From Anaerolineae bacterium (GTDB lineage: Bacteria > Chloroflexota > Anaerolineae > S016-19), in assembly GCA_027016315.1 (NCBI GenBank), contig JALWAP010000283.1:1-53838 (forward strand): a stretch of DNA of 53,838 nt. Reading direction: 5' to 3'. The notes below the pieces were generated by a model. It made no database searches. It was not told the DNA's origin and saw only the letters and a program-made list of their open reading frames with translations. Shown piece by piece: positions 8,985 through 18,041 of the stretch. Made by a program: the position numbers and the translations under genes. How positions within the stretch are numbered: position 1 is the stretch's first letter; every line of letters starts with the position of its first letter.

Positions 8985-9235
8985 ATCGCCCCGACCGATA
9001 CCATCAGCCAGACCACGGCGAGCAGCAGTGCAAGGGCGATCAAGATCATCGCCGCTTTTCGGGCGATTTCGCCATACATCACCGCCTTGCCATGCGCCCG
9101 ATGGACCGCTGTCCCGCGGGAAAGGTCTTCCAAGTTCTGCGGGTCGATCCCGCGCACGCGATGAAACCACCACGCGCGCCTGCAGTACACGTATTCGCCG
9201 ATCTCACTTGCGCTTATCAGCCTATTTCCGCCCAT
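8981..9235 (-). CDS. 84-aa miniprotein: Cas4-type N-terminal helix/Cys motif plus a C-terminal transmembrane helix
   Basis: ISASEIGEYVYCRRAWWFHR resembles the Cas4/DUF83 N-terminal motif. The C-terminus AAMILIALALLLAVVWLMVSVGAI is hydrophobic. There is an ATGA overlap with the downstream gene and a 14-nt overlap with the upstream gene. Confidence 0.6.
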   Translation of the reverse strand: MGGNRLISASEIGEYVYCRRAWWFHRVRGIDPQNLEDLSRGTAVHRAHGKAVMYGEIARKAAMILIALALLLAVVWLMVSVGAI

Positions 9236-9860
9236 TCATCCGCTCTTCGAACTCGGCCAAAGCCTGGCGGAGCTTCTGCTGCTGACTGATGACCGTCAGC
9301 TCGCCTCTGGTTCGCTCCATGACGGAACGGAGGATATCGGTATGCCGCCTCAACCCGCCGGTGATCGCATCGGGGAAATCGATGGTCACCAGGTAGCTGT
9401 AGATATCGTCCATGGCGTCCAGCATCTCCTCCGCCTTTTCCAGCTTGCCCCTGCGAACCAGGTCCAGCGCGTGCCTGCGCAATTCGGTAGCAGCCTCCGA
9501 CAACCCGCCCAGGTACGTGGCGTCCGGCACCCCGAGATCCTCAGGCGTAGGTATCGGATCACCCCTGACGATGGCAAAGGTGATCGAGGCTTCGGCCAGC
9601 TCTTTCAGGGAATCCTGGGTGTATCCGGCGTAGTAAATGGTGGGATGGTCCTCCAGGTCCCTGGTCATGGTCTTTGCCGCTTCGGAGGCTTTGCGCAACA
9701 GTTCTTCCGCCTTGTCGAATTCCTCCCGATGGATAGCCCTGATCGTGTGTGCACAAAACCTGATCAGCTCCCTCGAGCGCTGAAGCGCAATATCTCTCGC
9801 CTGGTTCTGGACTTCTATCCTGCTCCGAATTCTTTCAACGATGCTTTCCAGTTTTTCCAT
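9222..9860 (-). CDS. Translin/TRAX-family protein (C3PO-like)
   Basis: 212 aa counted from ATG 9860, with RBS GGGAGGA 9 nt upstream. All-helical. Motifs LKELAEA and YLGGLSEAATELRR align with TRAX QEYVEA and YLLGVADLTGELMR. Confidence 0.75.
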   Translation of the reverse strand: MEKLESIVERIRSRIEVQNQARDIALQRSRELIRFCAHTIRAIHREEFDKAEELLRKASEAAKTMTRDLEDHPTIYYAGYTQDSLKELAEASITFAIVRGDPIPTPEDLGVPDATYLGGLSEAATELRRHALDLVRRGKLEKAEEMLDAMDDIYSYLVTIDFPDAITGGLRRHTDILRSVMERTRGELTVISQQQKLRQALAEFEERMNGRK

Positions 9861-9888
9861 TCGTTTGTTTTCCTCCCGTTGCGCTCCC

Positions 9889-9918
9889 ATTATAGACGCC
9901 ATCTGAGCCCATGAGCAA
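9889..9918 (-). promoter_or_regulatory. Candidate promoter, TTGCTC-N18-TATAAT, for the translin operon
   Basis: TATAAT is the reverse complement of 9889-9894 and TTGCTC the reverse complement of 9913-9918. It lies about 30 nt upstream of ATG 9860. Confidence 0.4.
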
Positions 9919-10047
9919 GCCGGGGATAGAACAGCTACCGAGGGGAAAGCAAGCGTACGGGTACCCTAAGATTCGACCTCCTATGCAGGAAATTCCAAAG
10001 ATACTCCGATCGTCTTAAACAATCTTACCAAAGCAAAACAGCAAGAA

Positions 10048-10076
10048 TTGCAATAATCCACCTATGAAGCTATCAT
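10048..10076 (+). promoter_or_regulatory. Candidate promoter, TTGCAA-N17-TATCAT
   Basis: Hexamers at 10048-10053 and 10071-10076, upstream of the DUF1232 gene. Confidence 0.45.
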
Positions 10077-10109
10077 AAAACCGTAGCAATAGCATTGAGG
10101 TGGACGGAA

Positions 10110-10475
10110 ATGGGCGGGAAAAGATTTCGATCCTCACCGAAGCAAGATGAATCCTGGTTTAGAGAACTGTGGACGGATCTACGGCTGGCGCTTTCTTTGC
10201 TGTTCGACAGCAGGGTGCCGCTCCTTTACAAAGCCATCATACCGCTGGTATGGGTGATCTATCTGCTGTTCCCATTAGACCTAATCCCTGACGTGATCCC
10301 GATCCTTGGCGAAATGGATGATCTGGCTCTGCTCGTGCTCGCGGCGCAGCTACTCGTTCTGCTCTCGCCAAAGTACGTGGTCGAGGAGCACCTGAGGAAG
10401 ATTCGTGGAGAAAGGCCTACCGGGGGCAAGGACGAGGGCGACGTGATAGATGGCGAATGGCGCGTGATGGATTAA
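10110..10475 (+). CDS. DUF1232 (YkvA-like) small membrane protein
   Basis: 121 aa. The motif LFPLDLIPDVIPILGEMDDLALL is typical of the family. RBS GAGGTGG precedes ATG 10110. Confidence 0.75.
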   Translation: MGGKRFRSSPKQDESWFRELWTDLRLALSLLFDSRVPLLYKAIIPLVWVIYLLFPLDLIPDVIPILGEMDDLALLVLAAQLLVLLSPKYVVEEHLRKIRGERPTGGKDEGDVIDGEWRVMD

Positions 10476-11791
10476 TCCACCACCTCGCCATACAGGTCGT
10501 ACTCCGAAGAATCCAGGACCTTAGCCCTCACCATGGTCCCTGCGGCAATGGTCTTGTTGAGGTACACGAGCCCGTCTATCTCCGGCGCGTCCCTGTAAGT
10601 TCTTCCAAAACTGCCCTCCTCATCGGCGCCTTCCACGAGCACGGCCATCTCTCGCCCGACCTGAGCGGCGTTTCTCTCGGCTGATATCTTCCGCTGAAGC
10701 TCCATCAAACGGCCGTACCGCTCGTGCTTGACCTCTTCCGGAACCTGATCCGGCATCTCCGCGGCAGGAGTGCCGGGCTCCGGGGAGAACTCGAACGCGC
10801 CCACGTGGTCGAACTTGATCTCCTCGAGAAACTCCAGCAGCGCACTGAATTCCTCCTCCGTTTCCCCGGGGAATCCAACGATGAACGTCGAGCGCAAAGC
10901 AATGTCCGGCATAGCCTCTCTCAGGCTCCCGATGGTGAAAAGCACGTCGTCGATCCTGTTCGGGCGCCTCATCCGCTTCAACACCTCCGGGTGCCCATGC
11001 TGAAGCGGGATGTCCAGGTAGTGACATACCTGATCGTGCCTTGCCATCGTCTCGATCAAAGCAGGGGTCACGTGCGACGGATAAGCATACATGATCCTGA
11101 GCCATCGAAGCTCCGGAACAGCCTCCAATATCGCCTCCACCAGGCGGGCGAGGCCATCGGACATGCCAAGATCGCGTCCGTAATCGGTGGTATCCTGGGC
11201 CACAAGCACGATCTCCTTCGCTCCGAGCCCGACAAGCTCCATCGCCTCTCGCACGATGTCAGGCATTGGGCGACTCTTGAGCCTTCCCTTGAAACTGGGG
11301 ATCGAGCAGAAAGCGCAGTTTGCGTTGCAGCCGTCGCTGATCTTCAGATACGCCGTGCCACCGACGACGCGGCTCCTGGGGAAAGGGCCTTTCCAAAGCC
11401 GATCCGGCTCGCCGAGGAGTTCGTACTTAGCATGGCGGCGATCCCGCAGTTTGGAGAGTATCCTCGGAAGCTCCGACCAACGGTAAGTTCCCAGAAGCAC
11501 ATCGACTCCCGGCACACCCGACTCGATTTTCTCGGGATTTCTCTCCACCATGCACCCGGCAGCCACCAGCGTCTGCCCAGGACGTTTGATCGAGGATAGC
11601 GCGCCGAGGGCCTCGAGCGCTTCCTTTTGAGCCGATTGGAGGAAGCCACATGTGTTGACTATCAGCACATCGGCTTCGCTGGGGTCGGCAACGCCACGGT
11701 AGCCAGACCGCTCCAACAGCATCGCCATCGCCTCGCTGTCCACCAGGTTCTTGGGGCAACCCAGGCTGTGGAGGTAGTACTTCCCTTTCAT
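10472..11791 (-). CDS. rimO: Ribosomal protein S12 methylthiotransferase (radical SAM, MiaB family)
   Basis: 439 aa counted from ATG 11791. LGCPKNLVDSE N-terminal domain, radical-SAM CNANCAFC motif and a C-terminal TRAM domain. The long upstream extension of the track ORF overlaps rodZ and is rejected. Confidence 0.9.
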   Translation of the reverse strand: MKGKYYLHSLGCPKNLVDSEAMAMLLERSGYRGVADPSEADVLIVNTCGFLQSAQKEALEALGALSSIKRPGQTLVAAGCMVERNPEKIESGVPGVDVLLGTYRWSELPRILSKLRDRRHAKYELLGEPDRLWKGPFPRSRVVGGTAYLKISDGCNANCAFCSIPSFKGRLKSRPMPDIVREAMELVGLGAKEIVLVAQDTTDYGRDLGMSDGLARLVEAILEAVPELRWLRIMYAYPSHVTPALIETMARHDQVCHYLDIPLQHGHPEVLKRMRRPNRIDDVLFTIGSLREAMPDIALRSTFIVGFPGETEEEFSALLEFLEEIKFDHVGAFEFSPEPGTPAAEMPDQVPEEVKHERYGRLMELQRKISAERNAAQVGREMAVLVEGADEEGSFGRTYRDAPEIDGLVYLNKTIAAGTMVRAKVLDSSEYDLYGEVVD

Positions 11792-12738
11792 TGGGTCGGC
11801 GTGACCGTGACGGTAGAAGTGACCGTTGTGGTGATCGTCGGCGTGCTCGTGGGAGGCATGGGTGTGGCGGTGGCTTCGATGAGCTTCCCATCCTGACGAG
11901 TCCACACCATGTGGATTACCTCGCCCGGCTTTCCAAAAGGAGCGTACTCCCTGCCATCCACTTTCACATTGACGTGCCCGGCGTTCCCCACGACAAGCTC
12001 CATCTTTCTCTGCGCGACCCACTTCGCGTGTGTCCCGTCGGGCAGCGTGCTCGCCTGCTTCGTTTCTCCGTCGGCCACTACCTGTATCCACGAACGATCG
12101 CCGACGATGTCTATTTCGAGGACGATGGGACTGGGAGTAGCCGTCGGCGTACTGGTAAAGGTAGCCGTCGGGCTTGGAGTAGCGGTCGACGGCACAGGGG
12201 TGGCCGTGGCGGGTGCCAACGTGGGAGTGGGAGCTTCGGTAGGAGCCGCAGTCGGGTGCCTGGGAACAGCAATCGGCTTCAAATGGATGGAAGGCAAGCG
12301 AACATTCCCGAAATCCGGTGGAGGGAACCTGCCTGACTTGACCAAAAACCACCCGGCCAGAGCAAGCAATGCCATTATCACTATGAGGGCGGTAACGGCT
12401 CGCGACCCGTGTCCAAACGAATCCCGGAGGCGGACTTCGATAGGGCCCCTTCCGAAGAGTTCCTCATCCGTGCCGATGTGAATTTCTGGTTCCTCCCCCG
12501 GGGAAGCGGCGGATTTGAAAATTTTCAGCATTTCGTTCACATCGAGTCCAAGGAACCCCGCGTAGTTACGTAGAAAACCTTTTGCGGTAACGAAGTCTGG
12601 GAGCTCTTCGAACCTCTCCTCCTCCAGCGCCCGCAAGTATTTTGGTCTGATGCGAATTTCCTCAGAGACCTGCTCCAACGTAAGCTTTTTCTCTTCTCTC
12701 GCTGCGCGAAGCCGATCCCCCAGGCCCGATTCACTCAT
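11788..12738 (-). CDS. rodZ: RodZ-like cytoskeleton/HTH protein (XRE HTH, TM segment, Pro/Thr linker, DUF4115-like C-terminal domain)
   Basis: 316 aa counted from ATG 12738. LGDRLRAAREEKKLTLEQVSEEIRIRPKYLRALEE HTH region, then a TM helix. ATGA overlap with rimO. Confidence 0.75.
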   Translation of the reverse strand: MSESGLGDRLRAAREEKKLTLEQVSEEIRIRPKYLRALEEERFEELPDFVTAKGFLRNYAGFLGLDVNEMLKIFKSAASPGEEPEIHIGTDEELFGRGPIEVRLRDSFGHGSRAVTALIVIMALLALAGWFLVKSGRFPPPDFGNVRLPSIHLKPIAVPRHPTAAPTEAPTPTLAPATATPVPSTATPSPTATFTSTPTATPSPIVLEIDIVGDRSWIQVVADGETKQASTLPDGTHAKWVAQRKMELVVGNAGHVNVKVDGREYAPFGKPGEVIHMVWTRQDGKLIEATATPMPPTSTPTITTTVTSTVTVTPTQ

Positions 12739-12781
12739 CAAAACGCGCCTCCCCTTCTTTTTGGCGAAAAACCGCCTCCCT

Positions 12782-12810
12782 AATATAATCGGAAACCCTT
12801 TTCGTGTCAA
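12782..12810 (-). promoter_or_regulatory. Promoter, TTGACA-N17-TATATT
   Basis: The hexamers are the reverse complements of 12805-12810 and 12782-12787, upstream of rodZ. Confidence 0.55.
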
Positions 12811-12886
12811 AGCACCCGAGAAAACCGGTTACCAGCCAACACGTGCCATTCTTAGTTACTCAAGTCACCCTATACCAGAGCCTGTC

Positions 12887-12915
12887 TTGACCTTATCACC
12901 AAGACATGCTATATT
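12887..12915 (+). promoter_or_regulatory. Promoter, TTGACC-N17-TATATT
   Basis: Hexamers at 12887-12892 and 12910-12915, upstream of the MFS gene. Confidence 0.5.
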
Positions 12916-12996
12916 TTGCCTTGCTTAGTGCTTCCCGTTTTATCCCGTTGTTTTCGGAATTCGTTCAGATTCATTTATTTTCGAAAGGAGCAGACG

Positions 12997-14334
12997 ATGG
13001 AAACAAGTCCTCAACTTCAGAAACCTCCCAGCCTTTGGAGTTTGCTCAAACGCAAAGAGGTTTTCGCCTGGACAATGTACGACTGGGCGAACTCGGCCTT
13101 CCCCATGATTATGATGTCATCAATTCTGCCGATTTATTACTACAAAGTGGCTGGAGCCCATCTCCCCGGCAACCGCGCCACGGTGTACTGGGCGTACACC
13201 ACGTCTATCGCGTTGCTGATAGTTGCCCTCATCAGCCCGATCATCGGAGCAATGGCGGATTTCAGCGGCGCCAAGAAGAAATACCTCGCCGGATTCGCCA
13301 TGCTCGGAATTTTCGGCTCGGCATTGCTCTATGGAGTTTACGAAGGCGATTGGGTGAAAGCGTCGATCTTCTTCATCATCGGAAACGTGGGCTTTGCTGC
13401 GGCGAACGTGTTCTACGACGGCCTTTTGCCACACGTGGCCGCGGAAAACGAACGAGACATGGTTTCGGCAGCGGGGTACGCCATGGGATACCTGGGTGGA
13501 GGCCTGCTGCTGGCGATCTGTCTTGCCCTGATAATGACCGCTCCGCCGTCCAAGACCGGATTCTACACCAGGCTCTCGTTCATCCTCACGGCGATCTGGT
13601 GGTTCGTCTTCATGTTGCCTTTGCTGAAATGGGTGCCCGAGCCGAAGCGTCGAGTTCTGGCCAATGAAGTCGGGATGAACCCGGTTCAGGCCGGGTTCAG
13701 TAGGCTGGCGCGTACGTTCAGCAAGGTCAGGAAATACGATGACCTGTGGAAATTCCTCCTGGCGTTCTGGATCTACAACGATGGCATCAACACCATCATC
13801 AAGATGGCGACGATTTACGGCACAGAGATAGGGATCAATTCCAATAGCCTGATAGGCGCGCTCCTGATGATCCAGTTCGTGGGCATACCGTTTTCGTTCT
13901 TCTTTGGTTGGCTGGCAGGAAAAATCGGCACGAAGAGAGCGATCTACCTTGCTCTCGGAGTTTACACGCTGATATCCATCGGTGGGTATTTTATGAGCCA
14001 GGCATGGCATTTCTGGGTGCTCGGATTCGCCGTTGCTATGGTGCAGGGGGGATCTCAGGCTTTGAGCCGATCACTGTTCAGCCAGATGGTGCCGAAGAGC
14101 CAATCCGCCGAGTTCTTCGGGTTCTTCAGCGTGAGCGCGAAGTTCGCGGGGATCTTCGGACCGTTACTGTTTGGGCTGGTCGGTGAGATCATGGGCAGCA
14201 GCAGGTTGAGCATAGTCTCCATAGTCATTTTCTTCGTCGTAGGTGGATACCTGCTGACGCTGGTGGACGAAAACGAGGGAATGCGCGTCGCCAGAGAAGA
14301 AGAAGCTGCCATCTCACAAGAAGCGGTGGCGTGA
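12997..14334 (+). CDS. MFS transporter (UMF1/Atg22-like family)
   Basis: 445 aa counted from ATG 12997, with RBS AAAGGAG. About 12 TM segments. The N-terminus [12 protein letters not shown] is typical of UMF1. Confidence 0.8.
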   Translation: METSPQLQKPPSLWSLLKRKEVFAWTMYDWANSAFPMIMMSSILPIYYYKVAGAHLPGNRATVYWAYTTSIALLIVALISPIIGAMADFSGAKKKYLAGFAMLGIFGSALLYGVYEGDWVKASIFFIIGNVGFAAANVFYDGLLPHVAAENERDMVSAAGYAMGYLGGGLLLAICLALIMTAPPSKTGFYTRLSFILTAIWWFVFMLPLLKWVPEPKRRVLANEVGMNPVQAGFSRLARTFSKVRKYDDLWKFLLAFWIYNDGINTIIKMATIYGTEIGINSNSLIGALLMIQFVGIPFSFFFGWLAGKIGTKRAIYLALGVYTLISIGGYFMSQAWHFWVLGFAVAMVQGGSQALSRSLFSQMVPKSQSAEFFGFFSVSAKFAGIFGPLLFGLVGEIMGSSRLSIVSIVIFFVVGGYLLTLVDENEGMRVAREEEAAISQEAVA

Positions 14335-14345
14335 CAGCAGAATCC

Positions 14346-14377
14346 AAAATCCGCCCGGAGCATCCGGGCGGATTTTT
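14346..14377. terminator. Bidirectional terminator hairpin between convergent genes
   Basis: AAAATCCGCCCGG-AGCA-TCCGGGCGGATTTTT, with A and T runs on both sides. Confidence 0.7.
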
Positions 14378-14379
14378 CC

Positions 14380-15399
14380 TTACGGACGAATGATGACTGG
14401 CGTGCCTATGTCTGCCCAGTAGTACAGCTCTTTAGCATGATCGGTTCTCAGCATGACGCAACCAAAAGTGATCTTCCTGCCCAGAAGCCCCGCCCAAACG
14501 ATGCTGCCATCCGGATTGATCGGCTGGCCGTGTATTCCGTTCTCCGTGGAACCGGCCCAGTAGATCCCAAGCCAGTAGGGCATCCATATCCTCCACCTGG
14601 AACCGTAAGCGTTCAGGACTTTGCTCTGTACGTGGAAGACGCCGGTGCGGGTTGGGTAGCCATACCTGCCGGTGGATACCACCCATGTGTGGAGCAGTTT
14701 TCCATTCTGGTAAACGTACATCCTCTGCTGGGAGATGGAGACCACAATCTTCTTCCCGCCTCCGGAGGGTGAAGGTGGAACCTGCGTCTGGCTCCCCGGT
14801 ATGACGAGTACTTGCCCGACGTAAATGAGCGATGGATTTCTGATGCCGTTCGCGGATGCAATTCGGGCTACGGTGGAGCCGTACCGGTAAGCTATGGAGG
14901 CGAGCGTGTCTCCGGGGCGAACCACGTAAGTCCTGGAAGTGCTCCCGGAACCGGGATTCGATGGCGTCGGTGAGGCGTTCTTCCCCGGTATCTTTAGCCT
15001 CTGCCCAACGTAGATTAGGTTGGGATTCGAGATACCGTTCGCCGCTGCCAGTGATAGCATCGAAACCCGATACCGCAATGCGATGATCGTCAGGGTATCC
15101 CCTGGCCTCACGACGTACACGCTGCCGGAAGTCGAGCCGCCGCTGCTGGAGCCAGGGATCAGCAGCCTTTGGCCTATCCAGATGAAATTCGGATTTGCCA
15201 GATGGTTCGCTGCTACGAGCCGGGAGAGGCTCACTCCGTAGTGCGCGGCTATTGAGCTCAACGTCTCGCCGGGTTTGACGATGTGCACACCGCCGGTGGC
15301 AGCGTTTGCGTGCCCCGTGAATCCAATCCCAGCAGCGATAGAAACCAGCAGCGTCAATGTGATCAACAGTAGTGCGAATTTCTTTCTGCTTGCGGACAT
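14380..15399 (-). CDS. Secreted protein with three LysM domains and a C-terminal L,D-transpeptidase (YkuD) domain
   Basis: 339 aa counted from ATG 15399. Signal peptide, three V(K/R)PGDTL..IA..Y LysM units, and a C-terminal YkuD-like region ending ...KITFGCVML. Confidence 0.85.
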   Translation of the reverse strand: MSASRKKFALLLITLTLLVSIAAGIGFTGHANAATGGVHIVKPGETLSSIAAHYGVSLSRLVAANHLANPNFIWIGQRLLIPGSSSGGSTSGSVYVVRPGDTLTIIALRYRVSMLSLAAANGISNPNLIYVGQRLKIPGKNASPTPSNPGSGSTSRTYVVRPGDTLASIAYRYGSTVARIASANGIRNPSLIYVGQVLVIPGSQTQVPPSPSGGGKKIVVSISQQRMYVYQNGKLLHTWVVSTGRYGYPTRTGVFHVQSKVLNAYGSRWRIWMPYWLGIYWAGSTENGIHGQPINPDGSIVWAGLLGRKITFGCVMLRTDHAKELYYWADIGTPVIIRP

Positions 15400-15533
15400 G
15401 ATATCCCCCTGGATGACTTCTGAGAAACCGGAAGACGACTTTCCTCGGTTCGTCGGTCGCTGCGTTTGTGCAGGAAAGCTTCCGCGTATGATATACTCGA
15501 ATCCCATAAAACTATACACGAAGAAGGTGGAGA

Positions 15534-16103
15534 ATGTCAAGGGGATGTAAGGATGGCGGCGATGGAGTTTGGAAGGTGGTTTCCAGCACCCTGGTTCTGG
15601 ACCGTAGCCCGTGGATGAGAGTGTGGGATGAGCATGTGGTACTCCCCAACGGTGCGGAGATCCGCGGATACATCCGCACCGAAAGCAGATCTTTTTCGAT
15701 GTGCTTCGCCGTGACTGGAGATAGCCTTGTCCCTATAACGAGGCAGTACAAGCATGGCGTTGGGAAGGAGTTCTACGAGCTCCCTGCAGGGTACCTGGAA
15801 GAAGGCGAATCGCCATTGGAATGTGCACGAAGGGAGTTGCAGGAGGAAACGGGGCTTGGGGGTGGCAAGTGGGAGCATCTGGCGAGCCTTGTCATCAATT
15901 CGAACCGGGGCGATGCTCGCGCTCATCTGTTCCTCGCTATAGGCGTCGAACCGGTTTCCGAGCCGCACCTGGACGAAACCGAGGTGTTGGAGATCGAGTA
16001 TTTCTCCCCAGAGGAGCTGCGTAAGATGATCTGGGACGGCGAGATAGAGTCGTTGGCGACGGTGGCGAACATCTTGCTCGCCTGCGCTCGAATGGGAGAG
16101 TGA
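15534..16103 (+). CDS. NUDIX hydrolase (ADP-ribose pyrophosphatase-like)
   Basis: Nudix box GYLEEGESPLECARRELQEETG. Confidence 0.85.
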   Translation: MSRGCKDGGDGVWKVVSSTLVLDRSPWMRVWDEHVVLPNGAEIRGYIRTESRSFSMCFAVTGDSLVPITRQYKHGVGKEFYELPAGYLEEGESPLECARRELQEETGLGGGKWEHLASLVINSNRGDARAHLFLAIGVEPVSEPHLDETEVLEIEYFSPEELRKMIWDGEIESLATVANILLACARMGE

Positions 16104-16936
16104 TGGAGATCGAATCAAGGCTTGCCACGGCGGAGGACCTGCCAGAAATTCGACACCTTCTTCGCCATAGCAGGCGCTCCTATGCCAGCTTCGGCGGTGA
16201 AGACCTGACGCTCGTGGTGGAGGAGAACCCTTTCGTTGTGGCCGTGACCGGCCCGCTCGTTTGGGGCGTCATTGGGTGCATCAACAGGGAAAACGGGTGG
16301 GCCGACGTCCGGGCGGCTGCGCTGCTCGATGGCTGGCGATACGAGAACGCTGCACAGACGATGATGCCGGTGGTTCGGGAATCTCTGAGGGAGCGCGGCG
16401 TGGATCGAGTTCTCGGCCTTGCGCAGGAGGATTGGCTGAACCGTTTCTACCCCGCGTGCGGGTTCGAGAAAGCCGACGAGATAATCGTCTATGCGAGGCT
16501 GGTTTCGCTCGTTGGAAGGCGTGTGTCGGGGGTGAAAGTGAGGCGAACCGACGATCCAAAACTGCTGGCGGCGCTGGACGGGGAGTGTTTCGAACCGATG
16601 TGGGGCATGACGGAGCGGGAATTCATCCACGTCGTTCTGCTGGGCGGTGCGGTCCCGCTGATCGCTTATGTTGACGGGGTCGCGGCTGGCTATGTCGTCG
16701 TAAGCCCGCATCGGGACGTGTGTGAAGTCGTCAGGCTTGGCGTGGTGGAAGGCCACAGGCACAGGGGTATTGGCAGTGCGTTGCTTCAGGAAGCGATGGA
16801 AGTGTGCGCTTCCAGTGGTACGCTTTCCGTATTGTTGAACACGCAGAAGAGCAATGAGCTGGCCAGGAGGTTGTACGAGAGCTTTGGCTTCAGGAGCTAT
16901 GGCAGGCCTGTTCCGGTGTGGGTGATGGGGCTATGA
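16100..16936 (+). CDS. GNAT-family N-acetyltransferase (apparent tandem GNAT folds)
   Basis: The C-terminal half carries the acetyl-CoA motif HRHRGIGSALL. The start (GTG 16100 or ATG 16103) overlaps the NUDIX stop. Confidence 0.75.
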   Translation: MMEIESRLATAEDLPEIRHLLRHSRRSYASFGGEDLTLVVEENPFVVAVTGPLVWGVIGCINRENGWADVRAAALLDGWRYENAAQTMMPVVRESLRERGVDRVLGLAQEDWLNRFYPACGFEKADEIIVYARLVSLVGRRVSGVKVRRTDDPKLLAALDGECFEPMWGMTEREFIHVVLLGGAVPLIAYVDGVAAGYVVVSPHRDVCEVVRLGVVEGHRHRGIGSALLQEAMEVCASSGTLSVLLNTQKSNELARRLYESFGFRSYGRPVPVWVMGL

Positions 16937-17553
16937 ACGAAACTGCCATCAAGGGGATCGTCTTCGATTTCGGTGGGGTGCTATCCGATCCGACTAAGAG
17001 GATCGAGGTGATGTCGGATTACGAGAAAATCCTCGGGCTTCCGGAAGGGAAGCTCCAGGAGATGCTCTTCAGCGGCCCCGCATGGGAGGCGGCGTCGACG
17101 GGAAAGATCACGGTGGAAGAATTCTGGCATCTTACAGGCGAACAATTCGAGCCGTACCTGCCGCCAGAGTTCGCCGAACTGAAGGAGGACCCCTTCGCCA
17201 TGGAGTCGCTGGTGCCGGAGATGGTCGGGCTTGTGAAGCGTCTTGCCGGGAAATACAGGGTGGGGTTGTGCAGCAATGCTCTGCCGTCGCTGGAAGCCAG
17301 GCTTCGGGAGACGCCGGACCTCCTGAACAGCTTCTCGATCGTAGTGATTTCCGCTCTCGTGGGGCTGAGGAAACCAGACCCGAGGATCTACGATCTGGTT
17401 TCGAAACAGATGGAGCTTCGTCCGGAGGAAATCCTGTTCATCGACGACAAAGAGAGGAACACGAAGGCGGCCGAAGAAGCAGGTATGGTGCCCTGCCTGC
17501 ACCTGAACTATGAGAGCACTAAGGGCTGCCTTGAAGAACTCGGAATCCTTTAG
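16933..17553 (+). CDS. HAD-superfamily hydrolase (subfamily IA-like)
   Basis: Motif I VFDFGGVL and motif IV FIDDKERN. ATGA overlap with the GNAT stop. Confidence 0.8.
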   Translation: MNETAIKGIVFDFGGVLSDPTKRIEVMSDYEKILGLPEGKLQEMLFSGPAWEAASTGKITVEEFWHLTGEQFEPYLPPEFAELKEDPFAMESLVPEMVGLVKRLAGKYRVGLCSNALPSLEARLRETPDLLNSFSIVVISALVGLRKPDPRIYDLVSKQMELRPEEILFIDDKERNTKAAEEAGMVPCLHLNYESTKGCLEELGIL

Positions 17554-17567
17554 CGGAGGAAGTTGAA

Positions 17568-18041
17568 ATGGGGCTGGTGGTGGAAATCCCGGGAAGAGGA
17601 ACTTTGGAGCTGGAATACCTCGTGCTGGATTTGAACGGGACTCTTGCGCTGGATGGCGAGCTGTTGCCCGGGGTGAAAGACAGGATACAGAAGGTGTCGA
17701 GAACGCTCAGGGTGTACATCCTGACGGCGGATACCCACGGCACGGGAAGCGAGGTGGCGAGGCAACTCGGCGTGGAATTGCACAGGCTCGAGCCGCGGAA
17801 TGGGGCTGAGCAGAAAGGCGAGTTCGTTCGCCGGCTTGGCGCCGGAAGTACTGTGGCGATGGGAAACGGGGTCAACGACGTGGAAATGTTGCGTGAAGCG
17901 ACGCTCGGGATAGCAGTGGTTGGGCCGGAAGGCGCTGCTGCAAAAGCGCTGCTGGCGGCCGACATCGTGGCGGGGTCGCCGACTGAAGCCCTGGACCTCT
18001 TGCTTCACCCGAAGCGAGTCGTGGCGACCCTTCGCGGCTGA
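17568..18041 (+). CDS. Small HAD-like protein (soluble P-type-ATPase-like, COG4087-type)
   Basis: 157 aa with motifs LVLDLNGTL and GNGVNDVEML. RBS GGAGGAAG. Confidence 0.7.
   Translation: MGLVVEIPGRGTLELEYLVLDLNGTLALDGELLPGVKDRIQKVSRTLRVYILTADTHGTGSEVARQLGVELHRLEPRNGAEQKGEFVRRLGAGSTVAMGNGVNDVEMLREATLGIAVVGPEGAAAKALLAADIVAGSPTEALDLLLHPKRVVATLRG

Noticed and set aside
11792-12352. 187-codon N-terminal extension of the rimO ORF (track ORF 10472..12352)
   Set aside because: The extension overlaps the rodZ-like gene in another frame and is His/Arg-rich. RimO homology begins exactly at MKGKYYLHSLGCPKN (ATG 11791), which forms an ATGA overlap with the rodZ stop.
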